DNA of 64,000 nucleotides from Burkholderiales bacterium (GCA_031419715.1 JANOLJ010000336.1:2050-66049), one strand, 5' to 3'; positions 8,883 through 19,812 are shown, counted from the stretch's first letter. Notes: generated from the letters alone by a model not told the origin. Numbers and translations: made by a program.

Positions 8883-10148
8883 TCAGTAGCGATTCCCGCT
8901 GATGAAAATCGCGATCCGCATCAGCGCGTACGCGACCCAATTCAGCAGCCGCGCCAACCACGGCCGGTTGATGTGCGCCGCGCGTTCGACACGATGGCCC
9001 TCGTCGATCGCGCGCAGCAAATGGGCTCGCAGCTCGGCGGCGAAAGCATCGTCTCGCACCAGCACGTTCGCCTCGCGTGCGAGCAACAGGCTCAAGGGAT
9101 CGAGGTTCGACGAGCCTACCGTGGCGAGCGCACCGCCCGGCGCATCCATCACCGCAACCTTGGCGTGCAGAAAGCTCGGCGCGTATTCGTAGATCGTGAT
9201 TCCCGCATCGAGCAACACGCTGTACACGGCCCGGCTGGCGTGGTGCTGCAAGAAGTATTCATAGCGGCCCTGCAGCAGCAAGGTGATGCGCACGCCGCGG
9301 CGTGCCGCGCGCAACAAGGCGCGCTGGAGTTGCACGCCGGGAATGAAGTAGGCATTGGCGATCAGGATTTCGCTCTGTGCCAAGGCGATGGCGACGCGGT
9401 AGGTGCCTTCGATGCGGCGCCGAAAGCGCACGTTGTCGCGCAACACGAGCGCGGCCAGCGGTCCGAGCCTCGACTCGCCGATCTGGCTTTCGGGCAGGTC
9501 CGACAGGCCCGACATCGCGGTGCTGTCGCCGCGGCTCTCGACCATGTCCACACCTGCCGCGGCGGCCTCGCGCGCGGCGTGGATCGCACCTTCCAGATCG
9601 ACCTTGCGGGTTTCGCGCGCCAGTTGCAGGCGCCACCACAGGCGCGTCATCGTGTCGTGCACGTCGGCGACCAGCGGCCCGGTGATGCGCACCGCGAAGT
9701 CCAGGCGCGGCAACGCCAGTTCGCCGTGGTTCGGGTCGAAGTGATCATCGAGCAGGTTGATGCCGCCGCAAAACGCGACCGCAGCGTCGACCACACACAG
9801 CTTGCGGTGCAAGCGCCGCCAGCGCCGGGGTACGAGCAGGCGCCAGCCCCGGGCCGGGTTGAAGATGCGCCAGCGCACGCCGGCCGCGCCCCAACGCTGC
9901 TGCCACGCGCTGGGAATGTCATCGGTGCCGACGCCGTCAACAATGACGCAGACTTTCACGCCGCGCGCCGCCGCGCGTTCCAGCGCCTCGGCCACCACGA
10001 TCACGGAGCGCGCGAAGTCGAAGATATAGGTCTCGAGCAACACTTCGTCTTGCGCGGCGTCGATGGTCGTCACGAGCGCGGGGAAGAGTTCGTCGCCCCC
10101 CTTGAGCAGGGTCAGGCCATGATTCGGGCGCAGCGCTTGGCCGCGCAT
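8883..10148 (-). CDS. clsB: cardiolipin synthase ClsB-type (phospholipase D family)
   Basis: Two HKD motifs are present (HRKLCVVD and HAKVAVMD) with no N-terminal TM segment. I chose ATG 10148 (MRGQALRPNHGLTLLKGGDELF). Confidence 0.85.
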   Translation of the reverse strand: MRGQALRPNHGLTLLKGGDELFPALVTTIDAAQDEVLLETYIFDFARSVIVVAEALERAAARGVKVCVIVDGVGTDDIPSAWQQRWGAAGVRWRIFNPARGWRLLVPRRWRRLHRKLCVVDAAVAFCGGINLLDDHFDPNHGELALPRLDFAVRITGPLVADVHDTMTRLWWRLQLARETRKVDLEGAIHAAREAAAAGVDMVESRGDSTAMSGLSDLPESQIGESRLGPLAALVLRDNVRFRRRIEGTYRVAIALAQSEILIANAYFIPGVQLQRALLRAARRGVRITLLLQGRYEYFLQHHASRAVYSVLLDAGITIYEYAPSFLHAKVAVMDAPGGALATVGSSNLDPLSLLLAREANVLVRDDAFAAELRAHLLRAIDEGHRVERAAHINRPWLARLLNWVAYALMRIAIFISGNRY

Positions 10149-10188
10149 GTGTGGGCTTGGGCGTGGGGCAGCGGGCGCCACGGTAGGT

Positions 10189-10977
10189 TCAAGCCAACTC
10201 AAGCTCCGCCACGAGCGGCAGATGGTCCGACATGCGCGCCCACGCCACACCGCGTGGCACCGAAGTCGACACGCAGCGCATGCCGCGGGTGTAGATGCGG
10301 TCCAGCGAAAACACAGGAACCCTTGACGGAAAGGTGTTCACCCGGGAACCACGCGCACCCTCGACGGCGGCGCGCGTCAAACCGCAGTGGCGCATCGGCG
10401 CGTCGAGTTTTTCGCCCCAGTCGTTGAAGTCACCGGCCACGATCAACGGCGCATCATGCGGCACCTCGGCCTCGACGAAGCGCGCCAGGCGTTCCACCTG
10501 GCGCACCCGGCCGGAATGCATGAGGCCGAGATGCGCCACGACGGCGTGCAACGTGGTGTCGCGCCACTGCACCGGCACATGCAGCAGGCCGCGTTGCTCG
10601 AATCGATGGTCCGACACATCGTGGTGCCCGCAGTCGCCGAGCGGCCAGCGTGACAGCAGCGCGTTGCCATGTTCACCGAAGCGCGTCAGCGCGTTTGTGC
10701 GGTAGGCCACGGTGTAGCCCTCGGGCGGCAGGTAGGCGGCCTGGGGCTGGCGCGGCCAACCGCGGTGGGTGTCGGGGAAGCGCCGCGCATCGGCGCGATT
10801 CGAGTGCCGCACTTCCTGGAGAAACACCATGTCGGCGTCGAGCGCCTCGATGCCCAGCACGAGGTTGTGGATCTCCAGGCGCTTGCGCGGGCCCAGGCCG
10901 CGCACGCCTTTGTGGATGTTGTAGGTGGCCACGCGCAACAGGTGGGCGCCTTGCAGGGTGGACGGCGCGTGCGTCAT
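10189..10977 (-). CDS. endonuclease/exonuclease/phosphatase (EEP) family protein, YbhP-like
   Basis: EEP motifs are present: LRVATYNIHKG, FLQEV, GDFND, SDHLPL. It lies upstream of clsB, as ybhP-clsB does in E. coli. ATG 10977 overlaps the upstream stop (ATGA). Confidence 0.8.
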   Translation of the reverse strand: MTHAPSTLQGAHLLRVATYNIHKGVRGLGPRKRLEIHNLVLGIEALDADMVFLQEVRHSNRADARRFPDTHRGWPRQPQAAYLPPEGYTVAYRTNALTRFGEHGNALLSRWPLGDCGHHDVSDHRFEQRGLLHVPVQWRDTTLHAVVAHLGLMHSGRVRQVERLARFVEAEVPHDAPLIVAGDFNDWGEKLDAPMRHCGLTRAAVEGARGSRVNTFPSRVPVFSLDRIYTRGMRCVSTSVPRGVAWARMSDHLPLVAELELA

Positions 10978-11525
10978 TCGACGAATCGCGGCAGGTGCAG
11001 GATCGCCTCGGCGTTGGACGCCGAAAAGCAGCGCTCCGCTGCCTCGCGCCACGGCAGCCACTCGTGGCGCAAGTGCTCGCGCGGCGACAGGCTGACCGCC
11101 ACGTCGCGCGGCACGCACAGGCCGAACACATGTTCGGTGTTGTGCGTGACACCGGGCGCATACCGATGGCGCCAGATGGGATAGATCTCGTAAACGTTGC
11201 TCAGGCGCCAGTCGCGCAGGGCCTCGTGAGGCACGAGGGGTGAGCCGATCAGGATGCCCGTCTCTTCAGCAACTTCGCGCACCGCCGTGTGCGTGAGTGA
11301 CTCACTCACACTGTCTTTCGAGCCGGTCACGCTTTGCCAATAACCCGGGTTATCGGCGCGCTCGATGAGCAACACGTCGAGCGCGCTGCAATGAATCACC
11401 ACCAGCACCGACACCGGAATCTTCGGCGGGCGGCGCTGCGCCGCGCGTTGCGCCGGGCTCATCGTTGTGTACACGGCGATCTGTGGGCTGGTATGCGGGC
11501 CTGGTGTGCGGGCTGGAATGTTCAC
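10974..11525 (-). CDS. nudB: NUDIX hydrolase (dihydroneopterin triphosphate diphosphatase NudB-like)
   Basis: The NUDIX box [24 protein letters not shown] is present. A GTG start at 11525 overlaps the aspS stop (GTGA). An alternative ATG is at 11462. Confidence 0.7.
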   Translation of the reverse strand: MNIPARTPGPHTSPQIAVYTTMSPAQRAAQRRPPKIPVSVLVVIHCSALDVLLIERADNPGYWQSVTGSKDSVSESLTHTAVREVAEETGILIGSPLVPHEALRDWRLSNVYEIYPIWRHRYAPGVTHNTEHVFGLCVPRDVAVSLSPREHLRHEWLPWREAAERCFSASNAEAILHLPRFVE

Positions 11526-13309
11526 GCGGCTTGCGCGGTGCGCAGCCGAATGTGCAGCTCGCGCAACTGTTTTTCGTCAACGCCGCTCGGCGCACTCGTC
11601 AACAGACATTGGGCGCGCTGCGTCTTGGGGAAGGCGATCACGTCGCGCAGCGATTCCGCGCCGGTCATCAGCATCACGAAACGGTCCAGGCCAATCGCGA
11701 TGCCGCCGTGCGGCGGCGCGCCGTAGCGCAGCGCGTCGAGCAAAAAGCCGAACTTGAGTTGGGCCTCTTCGGGCCCGATTTGCAGCGCGCGGAACACCTT
11801 GCTCTGCACCTCTTCTCGGTGGATCCGCACCGAGCCGCCTCCGAGTTCGATGCCGTTGAGCACCACGTCGTAGGCCTTGGCCACGCAACGCCCGGGGTCG
11901 GTTTCCAACCAGTCTTCGTGCCCGTCTTTCGGCGCCGTGAACGGGTGGTGCACGGCGTTCCAGCGCTGCGCCGCGGAGTCGAACTCGAACATCGGGAAAT
12001 CCACCACCCACAGCGGCTCCCAATCGCCCTGCACAAGGCCGCGCGCCTTGCCGAAATCGCTGTGGCCGACCTTGACGCGCAGCGCGCCCAAGGCGTCGTT
12101 CACGACGCTGGCCTTGTCGGCGCCGAAGAACAGCAAGTCGCCATCGCGCGCGCCAGTGCGCGCGAGAATCTGCGCGAGCGCCGCATCATGCAGATTCTTC
12201 ACCACCGGTGACTGCAAGCCTTCACGACCTTTGGCTGCGTCGTTCACCTTGATCCACGCCAAGCCCTTGGCACCGTAGATCTTCACGAACTCGGTGTAGC
12301 CGTCGATCTCGCCGCGGCTCATTTCGCCGCCGCCGGGAATGCGCAATGCCGCAACGCGCCCACCCACGGCCTGCGCCGGGCCGGAGAAGACCTTGAAGTC
12401 GACATCGCGCATCACCTCGGTCAGCTCGGTGAGTTCGAGCTTGACGCGCAGGTCAGGCTTGTCGGAACCGAAGCGCGCCATCGCGTCGGCATACAACATC
12501 ACCGGGAACGGCGGCAACGTGACGCCGATCGCATGTTCGAACGTGCTGCGGATCATGCCTTCGAACATCGTACGGATCTCCACCTCGGTGAGGAACGAGG
12601 TCTCAATGTCGATCTGCGTGAATTCGGGTTGCCGGTCGGCGCGCAAGTCTTCGTCACGAAAACACTTCACGATCTGGTAGTAGCGATCAAAGCCGGCGAC
12701 CATCAGCAGTTGCTTGAAGAGTTGCGGCGATTGCGGCAACGCGAAAAACTCGCCCGGGTGAACGCGACTGGGCACGAGGTAGTCGCGCGCGCCTTCGGGC
12801 GTGCTCTTGGTCAGCATCGGCGTCTCGATGTCGATGAAACCGTTCGCGTCGAGAAACTTGCGCACCTCCATCGCGACGCGGTAGCGCAGCTTCAGGTTGC
12901 GCTGCATCGCCGGGCGGCGCAGATCGAGCACGCGGTGCGTCAGGCGCGTCGTCTCCGACAGGTTGTCGTCGTCGAGCTGGAACGGCGGTGTGATGCTCGG
13001 GTTCAGCACCTCGATCTCCAGGCACAGCACTTCGATCTTGCCGCTCGTGAGGTTGGCGTTTTCCGTGCCCGCCGGGCGCGCGCGAACACGGCCGCTGATG
13101 CGCAGGCAAAACTCGTTGCGCACGTCCTCGGCGGTCTTGAACATCGCGGCGCGGTCCGGGTCGCACACCACCTGCACCAGGCCTTCGCGGTCGCGCAGGT
13201 CGATGAAGATCACGCCACCATGGTCGCGGCGGCGGTGCGCCCAGCCCATCAGCGTGACGGTTTGCCCGAGCAGCGTTTCGCTCACCAGGCCGCAGTATGT
13301 CGTTCTCAT
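11522..13309 (-). CDS. aspS: aspartate--tRNA ligase
   Basis: A full-length class II AspRS. The N-terminus [31 protein letters not shown] is close to the E. coli AspS N-terminus. Confidence 0.97.
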   Translation of the reverse strand: MRTTYCGLVSETLLGQTVTLMGWAHRRRDHGGVIFIDLRDREGLVQVVCDPDRAAMFKTAEDVRNEFCLRISGRVRARPAGTENANLTSGKIEVLCLEIEVLNPSITPPFQLDDDNLSETTRLTHRVLDLRRPAMQRNLKLRYRVAMEVRKFLDANGFIDIETPMLTKSTPEGARDYLVPSRVHPGEFFALPQSPQLFKQLLMVAGFDRYYQIVKCFRDEDLRADRQPEFTQIDIETSFLTEVEIRTMFEGMIRSTFEHAIGVTLPPFPVMLYADAMARFGSDKPDLRVKLELTELTEVMRDVDFKVFSGPAQAVGGRVAALRIPGGGEMSRGEIDGYTEFVKIYGAKGLAWIKVNDAAKGREGLQSPVVKNLHDAALAQILARTGARDGDLLFFGADKASVVNDALGALRVKVGHSDFGKARGLVQGDWEPLWVVDFPMFEFDSAAQRWNAVHHPFTAPKDGHEDWLETDPGRCVAKAYDVVLNGIELGGGSVRIHREEVQSKVFRALQIGPEEAQLKFGFLLDALRYGAPPHGGIAIGLDRFVMLMTGAESLRDVIAFPKTQRAQCLLTSAPSGVDEKQLRELHIRLRTAQAA

Positions 13310-13414
13310 TGTTCGCTCCAGATTGATTGCATCGTGTCTCGAAAGGCCTGCCGCGCTTGGCGGGTCGGCTGGTGTGGGCTTGAGGCGCGGTGCACGCCGC
13401 GCGTCAACCGCGCG

Positions 13415-14086
13415 TCAATTTCGCGACGCCTGCGGCAGCGTGACGACGTTGTTGGCCGGGCCCACCACGCCCATCGAGATCACGTACTTCAGGGCTTCGT
13501 CCACGGTCATGCGCAGGGCGATCACGTCGGTGCGCGGCACCATCAGGAAAAAGCCCGAGGTCGGGTTCGGCGTGGTCGGGACATAGATGCTCAGGAAGTC
13601 GCCTCCCAGGTGCGCCGCAGCCTCGCCACTGGGCTTGCCGGTGACGAAAGCGATGGTCCAGGCGCCCGCTCGTGGGTACTCCACCAGCACGGCTTCGCGA
13701 AACGCATTGCCGCTGCTGGAAAACAGCGTGTCCGAGACCTGCTTGACCGAGTTGTAGATCGACTTGACGATCGGGATCTTGGTGAGCAGGCGATGCCCCT
13801 GTTTGAGCCACCACTGGCCGACGATGTTGGCGGCAAAGGCGCCCGTCAGCAGCAGGCCCAGCAGCAAGACAATCGCGCCCAGTCCCGGCACGCGGCGCAA
13901 CATTTCCAGCGTGCTGCGCGCCGCTTCCGGCAGCACAGCCTGTGAGGCGCTGAGCAACCAACCGAACACACCGTCAATCACGCCGAGCGCGGCTTGGAGC
14001 ACCCAGATCGTGATGGCCATCGGCAGCCAGACGAGGAGCCCGGCAATGAGGTACTTTTTCAAATCCGCTCCGCGCTTACGCGTCAA
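13415..14086 (-). CDS. DUF502 family membrane protein
   Basis: It has two N-terminal TM helices, and the sequence is typical of DUF502 (LKKYLIAGLLVWLPMAITIWVL .. IPIVKSIY). Confidence 0.8.
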   Translation of the reverse strand: MTRKRGADLKKYLIAGLLVWLPMAITIWVLQAALGVIDGVFGWLLSASQAVLPEAARSTLEMLRRVPGLGAIVLLLGLLLTGAFAANIVGQWWLKQGHRLLTKIPIVKSIYNSVKQVSDTLFSSSGNAFREAVLVEYPRAGAWTIAFVTGKPSGEAAAHLGGDFLSIYVPTTPNPTSGFFLMVPRTDVIALRMTVDEALKYVISMGVVGPANNVVTLPQASRN

Positions 14087-14095
14087 TCTGCTTCG

Positions 14096-14518
14096 TCACG
14101 GCGGCGTGCTGCCGCTGCCGGCAGGGGCCGAGGGCTTGTCAGCCGTCTTGACCGCCGACGGCGTGGCGGGCTTGGCGGATGCCTTGTCCGCGGTTTTGTC
14201 GGCGGCAGGCGACGCAGGCGCCGGCTGCCCGCCCTTGCTCGCGCTGTCGTCGGCAGCCTTGGCCTCGGTCTTCGCGCCCGAAGCCGCATCGGACGCGGCG
14301 CCTTCACCTTTGTCAGCACTCGCGGGCTTCTGACCATTGCCTTTGAAGTCGGTCACGTACCAGCCCGACCCCTTGAGCTGGAATCCCGCTGCGGTGACCT
14401 GCTTCTGGAAGGCCTGGGCGCCACACGCCGGACAGGTGTTCAACACGGGGTCGGAAACCCTGCGCAGCACGTCCTTCGCGTGACCGCACGCGTCGCAACG
14501 GTAGGCATAGATCGGCAT
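14096..14518 (-). CDS. FmdB family zinc-ribbon protein with low-complexity Ala/Lys/Pro/Ser tail
   Basis: It starts MPIYAYRCDACGH..CPACG (a CxxC...CxxC ribbon). The rest of ORF 14096..14800 upstream of ATG 14518 was discarded. Confidence 0.8.
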   Translation of the reverse strand: MPIYAYRCDACGHAKDVLRRVSDPVLNTCPACGAQAFQKQVTAAGFQLKGSGWYVTDFKGNGQKPASADKGEGAASDAASGAKTEAKAADDSASKGGQPAPASPAADKTADKASAKPATPSAVKTADKPSAPAGSGSTPP

Positions 14519-14597
14519 CTGCTCGCCTCGCAATCCAAAGCCGACGATTGTAAGTCGCGGGCGGCGCGTGGCACCGGTGGACGCCCTACTCAGCCGT

Positions 14598-16064
14598 TCA
14601 ACGGCGCTGCGCCGCCGCGTGCGACGTGTGTTCGATGCTGTGGCCGTGGTGGCGCAGCACCTGCGGCGCCACCGAACCCAGCCCCATGAAGATGGCGGCA
14701 GCGAACAGCCCGAGCAGGTTGGCCGGTATCGGCACGGCCTCGCCGAGCTGGGTCGCGCCGAGCCAGGTACCGACACCGAAGACGACGGAAGCGAGCGCAC
14801 CCTGCGTCGTCGCGCGTTTCCAGTAGGCGCCCGCCAACAGTGGGACGAACGCGCCGACGAGTGTCACGTTGTAGGCGTTTTGCACCATCTCATACATCGT
14901 GCTCTTGCTGTTCAGGGCAAACAGCAAGGCGCCGCAGGTGAAGGTGACGAGCACGATGCGCAGTGTCAGCAAGAACTGCCGGTCGCCCATTTGCGGCACG
15001 AAGGGGCGCAACACGTTTTCAGTGAACAGGGCCGTGGGCGCGAGCAAGGCGCCGCTGGCGGTGGACAGAATCGCCGACAACAGCGCACCGAAGAACATGA
15101 TCTGCACCCACAACGGCATCCTGCCGAGCACCAGATCGGGCAGGATGCGCTGGATCTGGCGCGGATCGTCAGAGGCGAACAGTTCCTTCAGCGACGGCTC
15201 GGCGACGAGCGCGGCGTAGCCGATGAAGATCGGCACGAAGGCGAAGCAAAAGTAGATCGCGGCGCCGATGAGAGTGCCACGCACCGCGGTCTTCTCGTTT
15301 TTCGCGCTGGTCATGCGCTGAAAAACGTCCTGTTGGGGAATCGAGCCGAAGGCAAAGGCAAAGAAAGCGCTGGCCAACGCCCAGTAGGCGGCGGCGTCCA
15401 TGTCAGCCGGGAACATGGTGAACTTGCCTTCGGCGGCGGCCTGCTCTATTACTTTGGACGCACCGCCAGCGAGGTCGCCCACGAACACCGCCACCAGAGT
15501 CAAACCGATGAGAATGATGACGGTCTGGAACAGGTCGGTGAACGCCACCGACCACATGCCACCGAAGATCGTGTAGATGAGCACGATGCCCGCACCGAGC
15601 AAGATGGCGGTGTTGAAATCGACGGCCCCGCCCGTCAGAACGTGGATCACCAAGCCCAGCGCCGTCATCTGCGCCGACGTCCAGCCGAGGTAGCTGCCGA
15701 CGATGGCCACACTGGTCAGCACTTCGATCGACTTGCCGTATCGATGTTTGTAGAAGTCGCCAATCGTCAGCAGGTTCATGCGGTAGAACAGTCGCGCGAA
15801 CAACAGCGCGGCCAGCACCAGACAGACCGAGGCCCCGAACGGGTCGCCCGGGATGCCTTGCTAGCCATCCTTTGCAAACGTGGCCGACACGGCGAGCACG
15901 GTCTCGGCGCCGAACCAGGTCGCGAACACCGTTGCCACATTCATGTAAAGCGGCAGGCTGCGCCCGGCGACCAGGTAGTCCTTGGCGTTGTGGACGCGTC
16001 GCGCGGCAACCAGACCGATGGCGATGGTGAGGGCCATGTACAGAGCGACGAACGTGATCAGCAT
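14598..16064 (-). pseudogene. sodium:solute symporter (SSF) family transporter interrupted by one in-frame TAG at 15861-15863
   Basis: ORFs 15861..16064 (N-terminal 67 aa, ..GRSLPLYMNVATVFATWFGAET..FAKDG) and 14598..15818 are in the same frame. The 42 nt between them read QGIPGDPFGASVCL without a further stop. Together they give about 488 codons. Confidence 0.8.
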
Positions 16065-16124
16065 GGTCGCAATCCTCGGTGGGTTCTGGGTTGAGGAAGG
16101 AAAAACGCGCGAAGTGTAGCGAGT

Positions 16125-17678
16125 TCAGAAGAGCCCGCGCCCCATGATGGCCAGCACGACGAGCGCCCCGAGCACCGCGCCGGCGACGAAGTAGAGCAAC
16201 CCTTGCAGCAGCCGGTTCGTGTGTTGCTGCTCGGCGAGCAATTCGGCGAACAATTGTTGGTGCTCGGCCTCGCGCGAGCGCAGCGCCTGGTGCACCAGCC
16301 TGGGCAGCTCGGGCAGGAGTTGCGCGTAGCGCGGCGCTTCGTGTTCCAGTCGTGCGAGCAGCCCGCGCCAGCCGACTTGCGCGCTCATCCAGCGCTCAAG
16401 GAACGGCTTGGCGGTGCTCCACAAATCAAGCTGCGGGTCGAGTTGCCGGCCCAGACCTTCCACATTGAGCAGGGTCTTTTGCAGCAATACCAGCTGCGGC
16501 TGGATTGCGACGTTGAATCGACGCGAGGTCTGGAACAGGCGCAACAGCACCTGACCGAGTGAAATGTCTTTCAACGGCCGGGCAAAGTGCGGCTCGCACA
16601 CCGCGCGGATGGCACCTTCAAGCTCGTCAATGCGGGTGCCTGCCGGCACCCAGCCGCTTTCGACGTGCAGTTCAGCGACGCGTTTGTAGTCACGCCGGAA
16701 GAACGCGATGAAGTTGTAGGCGAGGTACTGTTTGTCGGATTCGGTGAGGGTGCCCACGATGCCGAAATCGAGCGCGATGTAGCGCCCGAATGTCGCCGGC
16801 TCGACACTGACCTGAATGTTGCCCGGGTGCATGTCGGCATGAAAGAAGCCGTCGCGAAACACCTGCGTGAAGAAGATCGTCACGCCGTCGCGCGCGAGCT
16901 TGGGAATGTCTACTCCCGCGTCGATGAGGCGCAGCTTCTGGCTGATCGGAATGCCGTTCATGCGCTGCATCACGATCACGTCGCGCGTGCACAGCTCCCA
17001 CACCATCTCCGGCACGAGCACGAGGTTCAGACCCTGCATGTTGCGACGCAAGTGCGAGGCGTTGGCGGCCTCGCGCACCAGGTCGAGTTCGTCGTGCAAA
17101 TAGTTGTCAAACTCGGCCACCACTTCGCGCGGCTTGAGGCGGCGCCCATCCGCCGACAACCGCTCGATCCAGAGCGCGAGCGTGCGCATCAGGGCCAAGT
17201 CGGCTTCGATGGCCTCCAGCATGCCCGGGCGCAACACCTTGACCGCGACTTCACGTCCGTCCTTGAGCGCCGCGAAGTGCACCTGGGCGATCGATGCGCT
17301 GGCCACCGCATCGACATCGAAGCGCGCGAATATGTCATCGATGCGCCGGCCGAACGCGCGCTCGACGATGGCGCGCGACACGTCGGCGGGAAACGGTGGC
17401 ACCTGATCCTGAAGTTGCGCCAATTCGTCGGCGTAGTCGTCAGGCAACAAGTCGCGGCGCGTCGACAACACCTGACCGAACTTGACGAAGATTGGGCCGA
17501 GCCGCACCAAGCCTTCGCGCAAGCGCACACCCCGTGGTGCGTCCAGGCGTCGGCCGAGTGTCATCAAGCGCACCAGCAGGCGTACCCACGGCTGGCGAAA
17601 GCTGGAAAGGGCCAGCTCATCCAGCCCGTAGCGCAGCACTGTCAGAAGAATTTGAATGAGCCGCAGGACTCGCCTCAT
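16125..17678 (-). CDS. ubiB: ubiquinone biosynthesis regulatory kinase-like protein UbiB (ABC1 family)
   Basis: A full-length ABC1/UbiB sequence ([27 protein letters not shown]) with a C-terminal TM helix. Confidence 0.95.
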   Translation of the reverse strand: MRRVLRLIQILLTVLRYGLDELALSSFRQPWVRLLVRLMTLGRRLDAPRGVRLREGLVRLGPIFVKFGQVLSTRRDLLPDDYADELAQLQDQVPPFPADVSRAIVERAFGRRIDDIFARFDVDAVASASIAQVHFAALKDGREVAVKVLRPGMLEAIEADLALMRTLALWIERLSADGRRLKPREVVAEFDNYLHDELDLVREAANASHLRRNMQGLNLVLVPEMVWELCTRDVIVMQRMNGIPISQKLRLIDAGVDIPKLARDGVTIFFTQVFRDGFFHADMHPGNIQVSVEPATFGRYIALDFGIVGTLTESDKQYLAYNFIAFFRRDYKRVAELHVESGWVPAGTRIDELEGAIRAVCEPHFARPLKDISLGQVLLRLFQTSRRFNVAIQPQLVLLQKTLLNVEGLGRQLDPQLDLWSTAKPFLERWMSAQVGWRGLLARLEHEAPRYAQLLPELPRLVHQALRSREAEHQQLFAELLAEQQHTNRLLQGLLYFVAGAVLGALVVLAIMGRGLF

Positions 17679-18208
17679 GGCTCGTGTTGCCCGGGGCCGC
17701 CGCGGCCCAGGCCGGCCAAAGTTCCGGCCGCGGCACGCACTGCGCCGGCAATCGCGCGCCCAAGCGCGCCGAACTGGTGCGCCAGGGCGGGCCCGACCAG
17801 GGCTTCCAGGTCGTCTTCGATGTCCCAGCGCAGGTTGTCGAACAGCCAGTTCACATCGCTCGCCAGCGCCGCGTCGCCCGCCACGTCAATGCGCGGGCGT
17901 TCGCCTGCCAGGGCCCGCAACGCGAGTTTCGCCGGATCGGAGGCGTCAATATCGATGCGCAATGCGATCGGGTTGGGCTCAGCCCCGTCGCATTGCTCCA
18001 GCAGCCCGGCCGGGGTGATTCGCCACACGGCGGAGGGCAACGCGGGCAGCAGGCTCGGCCAACCCGCGGCCTGCACCGCAATACAACGTCCGTGATGGCC
18101 ACGCAGGCGTTGCATGGCGGTGGCTTCACTGGACAGCACATGGTTCAAGAGCAGCGTGGCGCGCTCGACCGCGGCCGTGGCGGCGAGCGTCTGAAAGGCG
18201 TGAAACAT
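17675..18208 (-). CDS. ubiJ: ubiquinone biosynthesis accessory factor UbiJ (SCP2 domain)
   Basis: An SCP2-like protein immediately upstream of ubiB, with an ATGA overlap. I chose ATG 18208 ([10 protein letters not shown]). Confidence 0.65.
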   Translation of the reverse strand: MFHAFQTLAATAAVERATLLLNHVLSSEATAMQRLRGHHGRCIAVQAAGWPSLLPALPSAVWRITPAGLLEQCDGAEPNPIALRIDIDASDPAKLALRALAGERPRIDVAGDAALASDVNWLFDNLRWDIEDDLEALVGPALAHQFGALGRAIAGAVRAAAGTLAGLGRGGPGQHEP

Positions 18209-18347
18209 GCACGGATTGTAGGGACGTGATCGCCCGCTCTCCCCCGGTTTCAAGGCCAGTTGCGGAAGGGCTTGGTACAGAATTCCGAGTCACCGGGCCG
18301 CCACATCGCGCTTCACAGTCAACTTGGGAAGAGAGTTACCGTCAACA

Positions 18348-19748
18348 ATGTTCGAACCGCGCACCCGCAAACGGAATTTCTTTCAGGCTCCGCAGTCCGT
18401 CACTTCACTCGTCGCGGCGTTTCTGGAACCGAGCATCACCGTCCTCACGTTTCTCGGCGCGATGTTGGCGTTCGACGAGCCGCTGGACCGCGCCGCCCTG
18501 ACCCTGTGCCTGCTGGTGTTCGCGCTCACGTTCCCGGGGCCGAACCGGTTTCGCGACACGCCGATGGCCAGCGCCGTGGATGTGCTGAGCAGTTGGGTCA
18601 TGCTTGCGGCAATCCTGTTGCTGTGCGGGTACGCGACGCGCAGCCTGCACTATTTCGAGTCGAAGATGCTGATCGCCTGGCTGACGTTCACACCCGTTCT
18701 ACAGTGGCTGGCAGCGCTGGCCGGCAAGGCAGTTGTGTCGACTTTGGCTGCCAGAGCCTCAGCGCGCCGATTGGCGGTGGTGGTCGGCGCGGGCAGTTTG
18801 GGCGTCAAGGTCGCCAAAGCCCTTGGCCCGGGCCACGGCAAGGACTCGGGGGTCGATTTCGTCGGCTTTTTCGACGACCGCGCCGACAACCGCGTGCATA
18901 GCGAAGCCTTGCCGAATCGGCTCGGCGGATTGCTGGACGTGGGAGCCTTCGTTTCCGCCCAGGGTGTGCACGAGGTCTACATCACCTTGCCGCTGGGCTC
19001 GCAGCCGCGCATCGTCGAATTGCTGGAACGCGTGCAAGGTACGACCGCGTCGCTGTACTTCGTGCCCGACGTCTTCGGCATCAGCATCATCCAGGGTCGC
19101 CTTCAAGACATGAACGGCGTGCCCGTCGTAGGCATCTGCGAGACACCATTCACCGGCACGAACGAGCTGGTGAAACGTGCCAGCGACGTGTTGTTGTCCT
19201 GCCTGATCCTCGTGGTCGTTTCACCCTTGATGCTGCTGGTGGCATTGGGCGTGAAGCTCAGCTCGCCGGGGCCGGTGCTGTTTGTCCAACGCCGCAACGG
19301 CCTGGATGGCGGCGAGATCATCGTCTACAAGTTTCGCTCGATGACGTCGCAGGACAACGGTGCCGACGTGCCGCAGGCCACGCGCGGCGATTCGCGCATC
19401 ACGCCTTTCGGCGCATTCATTCGCCGGACCTCGCTCGACGAACTGCCGCAATTCTTCAATGTGCTGCAAGGCAGCATGAGCATTGTCGGCCCGAGGCCGC
19501 ATGCCGTCGCCCACAATGAACTGTACCGTCAGGTGATCAAGGCCTACATGGTGCGGCACAAGGTCAAGCCGGGCATCACCGGCTGGGCACAGGTCAATGG
19601 GCTGCGCGGCGAAACGGATACGATCGAGAAGATGCAGTCGCGCGTCGAGTACGACCTTGAATACCTTCGCAATTGGACGCTGCGGCTGGATCTGCAAATC
19701 ATCGCGCGCAGCGTGCGGTTTCTGTTCTTCGACAAGCGCGCATACTGA
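18348..19748 (+). CDS. undecaprenyl-phosphate hexose-1-phosphate transferase (WcaJ/EpsB-like priming glycosyltransferase)
   Basis: N-terminal TM helices are followed by the bacterial sugar transferase domain (DELPQFFNVLQGSMSIVGPRP, KPGITGWAQVNG). I chose ATG 18348 after a purine-rich RBS; an alternative TTG is at 18324. Confidence 0.85.
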   Translation: MFEPRTRKRNFFQAPQSVTSLVAAFLEPSITVLTFLGAMLAFDEPLDRAALTLCLLVFALTFPGPNRFRDTPMASAVDVLSSWVMLAAILLLCGYATRSLHYFESKMLIAWLTFTPVLQWLAALAGKAVVSTLAARASARRLAVVVGAGSLGVKVAKALGPGHGKDSGVDFVGFFDDRADNRVHSEALPNRLGGLLDVGAFVSAQGVHEVYITLPLGSQPRIVELLERVQGTTASLYFVPDVFGISIIQGRLQDMNGVPVVGICETPFTGTNELVKRASDVLLSCLILVVVSPLMLLVALGVKLSSPGPVLFVQRRNGLDGGEIIVYKFRSMTSQDNGADVPQATRGDSRITPFGAFIRRTSLDELPQFFNVLQGSMSIVGPRPHAVAHNELYRQVIKAYMVRHKVKPGITGWAQVNGLRGETDTIEKMQSRVEYDLEYLRNWTLRLDLQIIARSVRFLFFDKRAY

Positions 19749-19757
19749 AAGTCGGCG

Positions 19758-19802
19758 CACCGCCAGCACCGCCAGCACCGCCAGCACCGCCAGCACCTCC
19801 GG
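19758..19802. repeat. tandem 9-nt repeat CACCGCCAG x4 plus one degenerate copy
   Basis: Read directly: caccgccag x4, then cacctccgg. It sits between the priming-transferase stop (19746-19748) and the RBS/ATG of the next gene. Confidence 0.9.
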
Positions 19803-19812
19803 AGAATTCTTC

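Noticed and set aside
15861-16064. The 67-aa ORF as an independent small membrane protein.
   Set aside because: It is the conserved N-terminus (TM1-TM2) of the SSF symporter. It continues in frame after a single TAG into ORF 14598..15818.
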